Assembly (NCBI GenBank): GCA_051362555.1
Contig: CM120640.1
Span: forward strand, 11,842,001-11,906,000
From: Lingula anatina
Taxonomy: Eukaryota; Animalia; Brachiopoda
Direction: 5' to 3'
Length of the DNA: 64,000 bases
Shown here piece by piece: positions 51,181 to 64,000 of the stretch. A model generated the notes under the pieces. That model was given only the letters and a program-made list of their open reading frames with translations, was not told where the DNA came from and did not search any database. The position numbers and the translations under genes were made by a program. Numbering within the stretch: position 1 is the stretch's first letter; the number at the start of each line of letters is the position of its first letter.

Positions 51181-54100
51181 ATTACTGAGACCATAAATGG
51201 AAGGCACAGCACAGCATAAGAAATGTTTCAGTTGCATTGAAGATTTCTCCCTAGAATACATGTACATGTTCATGTATATACATGTATTTATCACTCCTAA
51301 AGTAAGCACTGCTAATTGAGAGTATATTATTGAATTTTTAAAAGATCAAGGCAGTGGCTGACACCTTTAGGGCCAATATTGTGACTTTGGTGGTTACATA
51401 AACACATACATATAAGGGTAGGGTTAGTGTGTGGGAGTGCCAGTACTAGTGGTTTTCTGTAATGCTTTGTTTGCATGTTTATTGTACAATTCCTGCAATA
51501 TATACAAAAATTCAGTTTTATCATACCTGTAGCCAGCAATTGCAAGGGTGGAAGAGCTTTTTCTAAAGTGTACCTTTCAACTCCTATGCTGACCCAAGTT
51601 GAGACATTAGAATGAACATAGATCAGATTTTGATTCAGAGATGAGTTTTTTCCAACCAAAAGGGCAGTTATTTTACCACCACCCATCAAAATAACCTGCC
51701 TACAGGCTTGCTTCTTTATAATACAGGGTACTATTTTTATCAATTTGCATCATTTGCAAGTTAATTTAAATATCTGATATAATTTTTAAATATTAAAATA
51801 ATTATTATGAAATGCTGTTATGTTTTATTCTGCAGAGAAGATATACATGTTCATGTAACACATAATTGAATTATTTTAATTAAGAATGGTTACATACTAT
51901 GGTAATGAAGCTGACAGAATGATGAAATTATATTTTAATAATTAAAATATAAAAGAGAATCTTTTAATTCAATTTACTGTATTTATGGAATATATATATG
52001 GAATAGCTTATTAGCTTTAATAAAATATTACAAATATAGATCTGTTTTTATGAGAGTTATTTATATTTTTATTCTTCATTTTTTTAATATACACTGTATA
52101 TATATTTATTTAATTTTATTTCTCCTTATGTGTGGGTATGTTATCAGTCTCTATTCTTTTTTTGTACATACTGGTCAATATTTCGCCAAGGTCTTGCCAA
52201 CAGTAAATCGTAGATTTGAACCAGTAGCAGGATACTAAATCTTACATTTTTTCCAAAACAGAAAGTATCTCTATTAAAAAGAGGATAAACTGTCTTAAAC
52301 AAAAAGTATAGAACACTAAACCTCTCAGGTACAGTACAGAAAATCAAATACACCATTGCAATATAATAAGAAAACGTAATGATAAGAAATAATTTAATAG
52401 GAAATAGTAATGCTCGTTCACTTTCGATGCATTCGCTTGCAAGTTTGTAACATGGTTTCTCTTGGAAAGCACGCAGTGCCCTCTTTTTAACAGAATGGCA
52501 TCTATTGACCCACCTGGCCAGGTATTCATTGTTGAGTATGATCGATCAGACGCTAAGGCAGCTGACCCAGATTCAGACGTCAAGGAGCAATGCACGTAAA
52601 ATGGGGACAAAATAGTATACCTTAATTGCCATGTTACAATATTCTTGAGTATTTCCAAGTTTGCTAGTTACAACCGGAGATGCAAAATGGCTATTGTGTT
52701 TGTCAGGTGAGAATTTTACCTTTGGGCCTTTGACCATTTCCCGTGTTTAAAAATTTTACTGGCAGCTTGTTTACTTTAGTTTGTTGTAGATGTTCAGCTA
52801 TATACCGAGGGGACAAGAACTTTATTTCAAGGTAACTGTGGGCTTGCTCAAAGCGTGATATTACCACTAAATACCGGTACACATCAGTTCGAAATTAAAG
52901 ATTTAATTAACTGGACCGTTACGGCCCTTAAAACCTTTAAATTGTTTACGGTCGTTCACCTATTGTGAACTTTCGCTAAACATCGTAATAAGGATACAGA
53001 GCATTATGCACCTGTTGAAGTCCAGTACAGTGTACAACCTGTAGGTGGGTTATTGTAGGTTCTACTTGGTAAACGTAAACTTCTGAGACGCAGATGGTTG
53101 CCGTCTCCCCACGAGTCCAGGGTTTCGTGATAGTAATACCGTGCGTATCACGGTAGTTGATCATTATACGCAGGCTATTAAGGAGGACGAGACGCACTGC
53201 CGGGAAATAAATGGTATCATTAAGAACCGAGGATGAAAGTTGAATATGTCTTTAAAGGAGTCGGGAAATGTGTTAATAAAGTGCATAAAAGACGCGTTAA
53301 AAATGGCACAAATATGCCTCAGACTGTGACATTTTCTTACTTATCATCAGACTAACTGGTATCGTTTCAAACAATAATTACTACATGTATTAGCCCTTCT
53401 CTCTTTCCCCAAAAAATCTGAAAAATTAAAACGACCCCGTCATCAACCTTTTCCCTTTATTAAAAACGACGTGGGTTGAAAGACGCCGCTCCTATAAAAA
53501 TGACACATTAATTGGACCAAGGTAAATAAGGACATTAAATGGAAGGTTTTATCGATGAGTGGTCAGATCTTGTAGTTGGTACACAGATGACTCATTTTCA
53601 CGCTTTGTCTAGTCGCTGCGCTTTATGATCTTAAACTGGTTGTTTATCGTAGTAATAAAGTGGACGTTTTGGAATTCGATACGACAGGGAATTGTTCTTC
53701 CGAGGAACCGTGCCATGTCCTCGCAGGGGTATTTTTCTTTTAAACGTCTCGTAAGCCGGGAACAATGTCAGAAGTTGGCGTCGTAATGGCACCTTAATAA
53801 TCTGTGCTGAACTTTCTCGTTTTGTTGCTTTGGTACGCAGCCCACTAGAACAACACAAGGACAAAGCTCGCTTATACGCCTCAGAGCTAATGTCAGGCCC
53901 ACCTTCCAATACCACCGTGAATACGTCTGTATATATAAGAAAATCAATTTGACAATTGAAAAGTTGCAATATAGCGCATTCGACGTCCACTCGGTGCACT
54001 GAAATAAGAGCTGTTTATTGACGGGTGATTGTTGCTTACTTGCCGACCCGGTGGAAAAAATCTGGAGACTATATACTCCGAACGTTAAAATACACAAGTT

Positions 54101-56900
54101 GTTTATCTGAGTCCAAAGACTGTTACAGACTTTACAAGCTTAATGTTGAGGTCATTGTGTATATATTCATTGATTCAGACATTGGTTTGCTGAAAGGGTC
54201 ACATTTCATCGGTGATTATCCGTATTAATGTTAAGAGCGAAACGATAAACGTTATTACCAGTCGAAAAATGTTTCTTTAATCGAACGACGACTGGCACTG
54301 TGAATGATAGGCTACCGATGTTCATTTCCGTCTCATTTCATGATAATTAAAATATGATGTTAAATGTCTCCGACTTAAAACCCACGATTCTCCCCTTGTC
54401 TCGTACCCTTAAAGTGAAACCAACAACTAAACACCATTTGACTCTTTCGTGAGTACGTATTATTTACTTAAAAACTTAATCGTAGTGATTCAAACGTGGT
54501 CGTGTCAGTCACAACGCCGACTTTTATCTTCTATTGATTGTCTTATGATTTATGCATGGTTTGACTTTAAGAAGGGAAACGTTGATCGACCTTTCAATTT
54601 GATATTTCTGCTGTATGGTGAAGTGTAATTACTGGGGTTCACAGTATGATAATTGGTGTAGTCAATGAGTAAATACACACTTACATGTATGTTTATCAGT
54701 ATTATTCCATTTTAACGTTTTACTCAAAACTTGTCAATAGCACATAGTGAAAGCCTTGGACGAATAATAATTAGTATTATTCGTTCATATGTCAGAATTC
54801 AGATATAAAATTTCAGATGAAAAAAGAAACGCGTTTTTATTTTCTCCGTCGTCTAAATGATACGTTCACTTAGGGCGGAATTAAACGCCATCATTGTTTC
54901 ACGAACAGCCATGTGTATGTCTGAATAATCGCCATCTCTGAAAAAATGTTGGAATTTACAGACATGATATAAGAATGGTACTTCTGTTTTCAAATCCCTC
55001 TCATCGTGTCATCCTAATTGATATCAGTTCATTTTCTCCTTACTAACACTGTCATGAATGTCAGCTTGATGGATGGAGTGCAGACGCCTTTCAGCTAAGT
55101 AACATCTACAGCCTCCAGGGCACGTGAGGCAGTCTACACCAGGCAATAACGCAACGAAAATTAACAGACAATTTAATGTCCCTTGAGTAGAAACCTAATA
55201 AGCGCACGCCTCTACCTGTGCTAGTTACCACGCGCAGATGGTATCGAAATAAAGCTAAGATTTCACACAATTATCCTTGAACGTTGATTCCTTTTATTTT
55301 GAATAAGGGTTGATTAAGTCCTAATATAATGAGGCATATTATTTGAAAATTGTTGACGGGAGTTTAACAGCCGTCGCTTATGTAATAGAATATTTGGATG
55401 TATTTATTATAAATATTTGATTTGGAAAAGTCCGTTATATATTTTTGAATGGCCAAATTCTTTTCTTTGTTTATTAATATCAAGCATAGAATGTACCGAT
55501 AATTCCATTGTGTTCGAACGATTTTAGATATGCAGCCGCATGCTTTGTTGCAAATGAATTGTATGGTTTAATATCAGCAATTTACCTATCAAATTGCTGA
55601 TGCTATGATCCCGGCTGAAAATTATAATAAAATTAAAAGGCATGGGAAGGAAACAAGATTTTGATTTCGTTTTCGATATGCATCCCTTAATGCTTAATGC
55701 TGATCAAGGTTGACTTCACTTCACTCTATCCAATCCCTGTGATATTTAATACTCCAATATTTTATTGTTAGATCACAACCCTCGTAACATTTTACTTAAA
55801 ACTAAGGGATGATACAAGAATTATTGACTTTATTTTGTTTTTTGTCCTCCATTCCATACAAAATTTGCCCTTGATGTAGAGTCATTATGATACTGGAATT
55901 AAAGGGGAAATCAAAACCCTATAAATTAGTATTCGTTATGAAATTTACTATATGCGTTGATTGATTTACAAAGTGAAAGTGAATGCGAAATGATTGGTTT
56001 ACAAAGTGTCCCGAATCAGTGCTACTCTCGCCGGCATCTGATTTTTAATTACTTCAAACACAAAATATAGCACAATATTGATCTACTCTAAATGAGATAA
56101 AAATTACACCCCTAAGAAAATATACATTTCCTATCACTACCATATCAGGTGCTTGCCCAAATCACTAACACATCTCCACAACGGAAACTGTCTTCAAGGG
56201 CATTATCACACTGAAAGTTGCTTACAACAGGATGAGTTGCATTGTTGGTTTTCCGGTTTATTATTTGTGCCTCTGGGCCCAGCATGAAGAACATCTGGAA
56301 GAGAGAACCTTTTCCTGCTTTTTGTTCGCGTTCTTAGGATGACATCCCCTGTGAGCGATCAACCCATGAACTCTCTGTCGATTGGTTAGAGCTAAAATTT
56401 TTCTTAATATAAGTGTTGAACCTTTTTGTTTGTATCACTCCTGTAAAACGTCGAGTGCTGCTCGATCGTTTTCTGTGATAGCCAGGGTCGAATTGATACT
56501 CGTTGCGATTTACACTATAGTTTTGTCTCTTGAAGTGATCCTCTCTGCAGCGGTTTAGCCAGACTGTGCATTTGTAACAAAAAGTTTGGAATCTTGGTAA
56601 GGAATATCCCGACTGGCAAGGTATAGCATTACGAGGACAATAACCGAAAATTGGTGCATTAGCCGATAACCCTGATGTTATACGAGCTCATAACTGCAGT
56701 ATCCATTAAAAAGGTCGGTGTCCGCAAATCTGCAATTACTTCTAATATATGGTCATATTTTGCAAGGTCAAGTAAGTACTTCTTATTCAACTTCCAGGCG
56801 AATTTCGCAAGGGGCACAGGGCGAACGCCCAGCACCAGAGGACGTGGAAGTTTTAGTAGACAATCTGGAGGACGAGCAGACAGGTTACGAGGAGACGACT

Positions 56901-59900
56901 ATGCCAGACACCCAGCGTCTGTATTGGAGAAAGTGGGACGCAAGGTAAGATGAAGGATCAGGACCTTAGACCACAACTTAGATGAAGAGTTGGTCTTAAA
57001 TTTGGGTCCAAAACGTTAGTTTTATGTGAGCTACGGTCTTTATCGGAAATTGTAAAGAAGGCCCAGGACAAATTCAATCAGGGAAAGTTACTTCGTGTTT
57101 TTAATGCAATAGATCAGTTATGTGTCAAATTGCACTCCAGATTTCGGGCTCACAGTACTTGTTTTAAGACTAACTACCGACGTTTTGGGAAAAGGACGTG
57201 GTTCAGACATTTCGATTCTTCAGCGTATGATGTATGTCTTCGGGTTTACCGTACTTCCTTCCACCCTTTCGAGCATCAATTCTACCAAGGAAGTATATAA
57301 GATCCTATCTATTTCCTGAAATCTGTATAAAATTGTCTTTTTAGCTGGTTTAGGGAGTGCATGTTTTGGGTAGGCCATCCTATCTTCTGTGAAAAATACT
57401 TGCTGTGTATTGCGTATTATCTTTTAGTTTTTTCAGTGGAATATTGAAAATTCTGTGCAAGATAAAAGAAGGGCAAATATTGTCTCCAAAACATTTTCTA
57501 CACTCAAACAATATATCCTTTAGATCATGACAACCTCAGTACAGTAGCTTCCTCTCGCCAAACTACATTTACTACACATTGCATTTTAAATATTAACTAA
57601 GTGTACAGTAAGGGCATTAAATCCTGAATGCTGTGTTGTTATAAGAAAAATACGAAATTCTTGTCTGGTGGTGTAGTCTTTAAACGACTATGAAATTATT
57701 GCATCGCTTTTCCAATGAAAATCGAGCTGTAATTGTTGTAGCTCCTTCAAATTCCAAAGTAGGCCCTACGCTAAATGTATTTTTTCTTTTGTTTGCAAAA
57801 CATTATAATAATCTGGCTTCATTGTGAAAACTGTTTACACTAAAATCAAACAGATGCTCAAGCAAAACGCAAAAACAAATGTACTTGTTTAACTTTCCTC
57901 CCACAGTTTCTCTTATCTAGAGTGTAAAAAACGTCTTGAACTTCAGATTTTCAAAGCTCAAAAGCTCCCAGTTACATTTTACTGTTGCCTTTGCCAATCT
58001 AGACTCAACAACTTGTGTTATATTTTAGCTTAAGCTGAAAATTCAGTCCAAAAGCGAAATTACGAACTTAAGCGTTTTGTGAACTCTGGGGTGATGGTCA
58101 TCCTCAAAAAAGCAAGGACGAATCCTAATTAGGTTAAACACAGGCTCATCGTTCGTCAGTAAAACGCAAAACTCCATGTCTTCAGTTAAATTGCCACCGT
58201 GTTTAATCTTTTTCCCAACAAAAGCGTTCACTCAAAATACTTTTTTAAAAAGAAGTATGACTTTGCCTTGGGAAATTGTTTTGAACCATACATCGAGTTT
58301 CAAAATTAGAATTTACGTAGTCGAGAGATACAACTTGAGTTCAAACGAAATATTTTATCCACACTATTTTTCATGTAGTGACGATGATGCTCACAAATAT
58401 AGTAAAGCGCTCTCTTTTAAGAATGGGGTAATTATGGTATGGATAATAAACAGTCGCTGAACCGTTTCCAAACCTTTCTGTAGTGAGTCAATCCGATACC
58501 ATCTAAACCAAATATATAATTTATGAAAGGAAGGTAGCGTCGAGAGTTTTTAATTATAAGTCTTTTTCATCAAAGAAAAATTCACGTGATGGTGATTAAT
58601 TGATCAGTGTGGCGTTCAAATTATGGCCAGCTCATCTTTAAGCTATGTCTCCGAAATACCAGACTCCGTTTAACTGTTCTCAGATTATACTAATACGTAA
58701 GAAATCACATGTATACCATAAATATGACACCAGAGCAGTGAGGAATGTAAGGCAAAATTTCGACACATCTCTTCGTTTTGTATTTCACTGTCTTCTGACT
58801 GGTATATGGAAATATTGAAATTTAAACTTTAAATGATGACATATGAAACGAAGTGAGTAATGTCAACTTTGCGAAAGTATGTTTAGTGCATTCAAATTTA
58901 AATGCACGATTAAGTGAGAGTCATTAAATGTTTAAAGATATAGACGATGCATTTTTACGTTTTCAATGTCCCTCTAGTGCAAATTATTATATTGTAAAAA
59001 TTAATCTTTGAGCAAATGCAGATGTAATATTATATTAAATTTTTATGAATTTTAACTCTAATTACAGGTCCATATTACAACGTCGATGCATCCTACTGAC
59101 GTGCTTATTTCTAATTGTTGCTATAGCGTTAACATTGGCAGTAGTCATTGCGTTGTTTCATGAAAGATTGGCTAAAAACCCCAAAACATCAGATAAACTG
59201 TTCGTGCCACCGTCAGATTCAATCCTAGGAAAATACGACAGTGCCGCTGTTGCATCAGATGTCGAAGAATGCTCTGTTGTTGGAAAGTGAGTAAACGTTA
59301 AAGAGCATACATAGGGAGTCTTTCACCAATTTTGTAGTCACGTTTAACACAACACGTATTCTTCACATTTCAACATTATCTACCGTGATTTTTTTTTTTT
59401 TTGGGGGGGGGGGGGGGGGATTTTGTAATACGATTAAAATACGTTTGAGTATATACACTGGTATATTATTAATATTATATGTGAATCTCAATTAAATTGT
59501 TTCTTAGATTCCAAAACCCAAATGCATTTTGCATCATATTGATAACAGACTATTAAAAGTATATGAAAGTTAAACAATAGAAAGTGTGTCTTAATCCTTT
59601 TTAACTCCACTTTCAGACAATTTCTTAAAAGAGGAGGCACGGCAATAGATGGAGTGATAGCTACTTTGTTGTGTGTCGGGGTGCATAATATTCATAGTAT
59701 GGGTTTGGGAGGTGGATTTTTCATGGTATATTACGATAGGTAAGTGTAATTCAAAGACTTCTTTTAAATGGAGCTTTACTTACAGACGTTTTAACGTTTT
59801 AAAACAACAATTGCTTTATTAGAAAATTCGAATAGAAGGTTTGCATTGTAGAGTACATTGTAGAGGTGAAATGATCTTTTTGTTCAATTTACTCAATGGT

Positions 59901-61758
59901 CGCATATTTGTAGGCGGAGGAGGAAAGTCATGACGATAGACGCCCGAGAAAAAGCCCCCATAGCGGCTTCCAAGTTCATGTACAATCACAATAAAGAAGC
60001 ATCATTGAGAGGTAGCGTCTATGTTCTCTCTCTCTCACTCTCTCTCTCACAAGTAAAATTGTATCTGTAGAGAAGTGGTTACTAGTAGGCCTACAATGTG
60101 ATGCTTGTAGTACTTGAAGGTTACATTAAAAAACGCATTTTAAGAAATGTTTTTCTAATAATTATTTCATCTTTGTATCCTGTTTTAGGTGGTCTTTCTA
60201 TAGCGGTTCCCGGGGAGATCAAGGGGTACTGGGAGGCACATCAGCAGTTGGGGCGGCTGCCTTGGAGCGAGCTGTTTAAGCCTGCTATTCAGTTTTGTAG
60301 AAATGGCGCCAAAATACACAACGCTCTAGCCACAGCTTTGAAACTGTTAGAGCATGATATAAGGGAGGATCCATCCCTCAGGTTAGAAAACAGACACAAA
60401 ACATTGCTCTGAAATTAAAAAAAACGTGTGAATAAACTATTAGTATCACATTTTGTTCAAGTCAGATTGACGAGTAAACTGAATAGTGAAGCAATGAAAT
60501 AGCACTGAGATTAATTTTAATAATTTAAAAAAACTTAATTTTGTCAAATGACATGGCTCGATTTTCACTGCAGTGAAATGTTCATCGATGAGAAAACTGG
60601 TGAACTACTCCAAGAGGGCGATCTCGTGTATAACCATAAACTGGCAGATACGCTCCAAACAATAGCAGACGACGGAGTAGACGCCATGTACGGCAACCAC
60701 AGCCTGGCACGCAGCATCGTAGCAGAACTCAAAGATGCAGGTGAAATATTTTGCTGTTTGGATGTTGCATTGTGGCACATGCCACGCATTACGTTTGCAT
60801 TCAGGCCCTCCTCATTTGTCTTTGTTATTTTTTGGGGTCCGTCTCAGTATAATTACGCCGTCATCACAAAAACCGAATTTAGTCGCAGGACTTGAATAGA
60901 AATTTTTCGAAATTGAATCTTGGAATAGAAATGGACGTAAACTCCGTATGAAAGATTTAAAATGTTAGCGGTGAAAAGGTCGTCTTTTTTATTCAATTTT
61001 ATGTACATCAACGGAATCAAACGACTTATCCATACTCTCCTATTAACTTTTTAGGAAGCATCATAACTGAGCGGGATTTGGAGCACTACGATGCATTAAT
61101 CAAGCCACCATTGAATCTCACTCTGAGGAATGGAATGACAGTGTACACTAACCGTCCTCCAGCATCGGGCGCCGTGCTCAGTTATATTATTAACATTCTA
61201 CAAGGTAGCCACCTTTACAGCAAGAGTCAAACTCTTCTTGTCGAAGACCATTTGTAGAGATTACTAACACTAACATTCCAATTATTTTATGTTTTTTTTT
61301 TTTTTACAAATCACTATTCCATATATCTGAAATTCTTTCACGGTAGCCAATATTAAAAAAGAAAAAGATAAATTTCAGACGTCACTGTAATCATGTGCAA
61401 ATTATAGGCCTATATTATGTTTGACTGAAATATTTTAAAGTCAATGTCTTTTCTTTGTTTGGTGTTAATATTTATAAACAACGTCGAATATAACTACTAA
61501 TGAAGATTTTTTTTGTTCATAGAATACAATATGTCGAAGGCAGATATCGCAACCCCTGAGGCGGCAGGTCTGACATATCACCGCATGGTAGAAGCCTTTA
61601 AATTTGCCTACGCCAAGAGGACCGAGCTTGGTGATGAGGCACGGGAAGCCGGACTGGAGGACGATGCCGCCCAAAAACTTAAGCAGGTGGGCATTACCCT
61701 CATTACGTTAAAAAAAACACCGAATTTACTGCTTCTCCTTACACAGTTTGCAGTCACA

Positions 61759-61800
<42 letters not shown>

Positions 61801-63664
61801 GTCGAGTCTGTTTAGTCCGACAACCTCTTCTGTATAACATTGACTGTCAGACTCGCTGTTATGTGCCATCAGATCGGCCAAAAACATGTTCTAACGCGAT
61901 TTATTCCAGATAACTAAATGCCTGAAGTTCTGCATTGTGGCGTGAAAAAAATTTAGCATATCATTGTCCGAAACTCATTATTCCCTGATAATGATGTTTT
62001 ACAAAATAAATAGGTTTTCTTTAAGCGCTCACTATGATCATATTCCAGATTGTGGATCTCTTGTCGTCAAAGAATCATGCTGCTCTGACACGTGCCAAAA
62101 TCAATGATTACACGACGCAGGTAGTGGATTACTATGGAGCGGTGTTCTCGGAGACAGACCCAAAAGGAGGCACTTCGCACGTGTCCATTCTGGACTCCCA
62201 AGGGGACGCGGTCTCTGTAACGAGTACCATCAATTTTTAGTACGTATGCTGCCAGTTACTCTTTCGATTTACAACAAAGATTTTTTTGACATTCCCAATC
62301 CTTTTCTTTGAGAAATGAGCTTTGTAGTTATATATAATTTGACATTAAGTATTTGTTTTCACAATTGATATGTGTAAGTTTGTATTTTGAACAAATTAAA
62401 AGCAGATATAAATGTTTGTTAGCTCATTATATTCCAAAACTGTGTATATCTAAATAGGTTCATCCCTGATTTTACTTTTTAAAAGTCCCGATCCCCATAT
62501 TTTTATCCAACTATACTTTCATGGTTAAATTCCTTGCGGTTTTACTTACAGCTTGGGGTCTTTGGTACGAGGTAACATTACAGGAATTGTATATAACGAC
62601 GAGATGAATGATTTTTCACTGCCATCAACCCCAAACGCATTTGGCCTGCCACCATCGGCTGCAAACTTTATCCATCCACAGAAGCGTCCCATGTCGTCTA
62701 TGGCACCGGCAATACTCGTTGATAAACATGGCGACGTCCAACTTGTACTTGGGGCAGCAGGCGGGTCTAAAATAACTTCGACTCTGGCAGAGGTATTTTT
62801 ATGTACATTTTGTCACAGGGAAATCTCTGTAAAATGACTTCTGATTTGCTTGCTTTAATTTGAGAACAGAGAAAATTCATTAAAAGCAGAGGATGAAAAA
62901 ATCTTTGTCAATTAGATTGTAAAAAGAGTTTGTTTTTGAGTGACAACTGAAATATTAAGCTAACCAGGAAAGAGAAAGAGAGCTTATCTCATTATGATAT
63001 AAAACAAACCTACTGCATTGAATTATTTTGATGAAGTTTGGCACAATGGCATTTGCCAGTCACTTTAATGAATTCAATTTTTTTTTCTAGATAATAATGC
63101 GCTGTGTTTGGTTTGACGAGGATATTAAACAAGCAGTAGATTACCCCAGATTACATGATCAGCTGATACCAACAACTGTGTTTTATGAGAAAAATATGCC
63201 ATCTGTAAGTGCAATTATACCATCTTACTTTTGATTAAAATGATCAATTCATATCATAAACAACAAACTACACAAAATTTAAAGTGTTACCCTGACAATC
63301 TTTTTTTATTTTTTTTTTAATTTATTTTTTTCTAATGATTTGCTTAATTGTTTAATTCATTGGTTTACATGTAAATGTCTTTCATTCAAAAATCTGTTCA
63401 ATATCTACCAGAAGAACCATGTTCAATTTTTCTATTTGTGAGAACAGATTATTTTACATTAGGGTCTATTTTTAAAATAATTTGACCATGTATTATGCTT
63501 TCATTTTGCAGACAATTCTTGCCTCTTTGGTGGAAAGAGGACATAACATGACATTATCCAACCCAAATGGTCGTTTCTCAGTTGTAGAAGGCATCCAGCG
63601 GAAAGATGGGAAAGTCTATGCAAATTGTGACTTCAGAAAAGGCGGAAACCCTGCTGGATACTGA
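56901..63664 (+). CDS. GGT1: Gamma-glutamyltranspeptidase / glutathione hydrolase 1-like, paralog B (>=618 aa)
   Basis: Exons 56901-56944 (start tentative; frame open from the acceptor at ~56797), 59068-59286, 59617-59739, 59914-60011, 60189-60381, 60574-60740, 61055-61204, 61523-61686, 62049-62239, 62552-62792, 63091-63204, 63512-63664. TM anchor, SMGLGGG, IDARE, AVPGE, GTSHVS, TSTIN, NDEMNDF, RPMSSM, GAAGG, DFRKGG. Confidence 0.95.
61761..61798. repeat. (CA)n microsatellite in a GGT-B intron
   Basis: Direct inspection. Confidence 0.9.
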
Positions 63665-64000
63665 GCAAAATATCAAATATAAAAGGGAAACTCAGGGTTT
63701 TTTTCACACAAATCTCAATGTCTGATTTGCCCAGCTCGGATTAACAAGTAATATAACAGATGGAGTCTAGTCTTTGCCAGTGGGAATACATGGAACAGGT
63801 GATGCACCAACGCCAGTCATCACTGCTGCGTCCTAAATCTAGATCTCTCATTATGAATATTTCCATGCATTCATTGACATCAGGCAGCATCTTCTGATAA
63901 GAAATAATAGGATGTGTGTTTGTTGTGATTCTGTTGGTATGTTTGGGTGAATCTGTTGGACAAGAAAAGTTCATTCAATTGCCAAGTAATGATAGTCCCT

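Noticed and set aside
53320-53360. Minus-strand CTGATGA...GAAA minimal hammerhead
   Set aside because: Stems I and III cannot be formed.

Overview
AT-rich, intron-containing animal genomic DNA, most likely from a marine invertebrate such as a mollusc (inferred from gene structure and transposon families, not shown). Positions 1-20.4 kb are a nest of decayed mobile elements. It includes a long inverted repeat (1-228 vs 16955-17188) enclosing a Cys/His-rich transposase-like exon, two LINE remnants, a Ty3/Gypsy element with a structured GC-rich insert and a MULE-like foldback MITE; a deleted DIRS retrotransposon follows. The rest holds five spliced genes whose exon phases I checked by hand: gamma-glutamyltranspeptidase A (+), an ABCB9/TAPL-like half transporter (-), two tandem peroxisomal sarcosine/pipecolate oxidases (+, both ending SKL) and gamma-glutamyltranspeptidase B (+). 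The strongest finding is a pair of homologous 136-nt, same-phase exons in the ABC transporter. They encode alternative, about 30% identical transmembrane hairpins and can only be used mutually exclusively, predicting isoforms with different substrate cavities. No CRISPR arrays, rRNA or intact tRNA genes were seen. All family assignments come from recalled motifs, not database searches.
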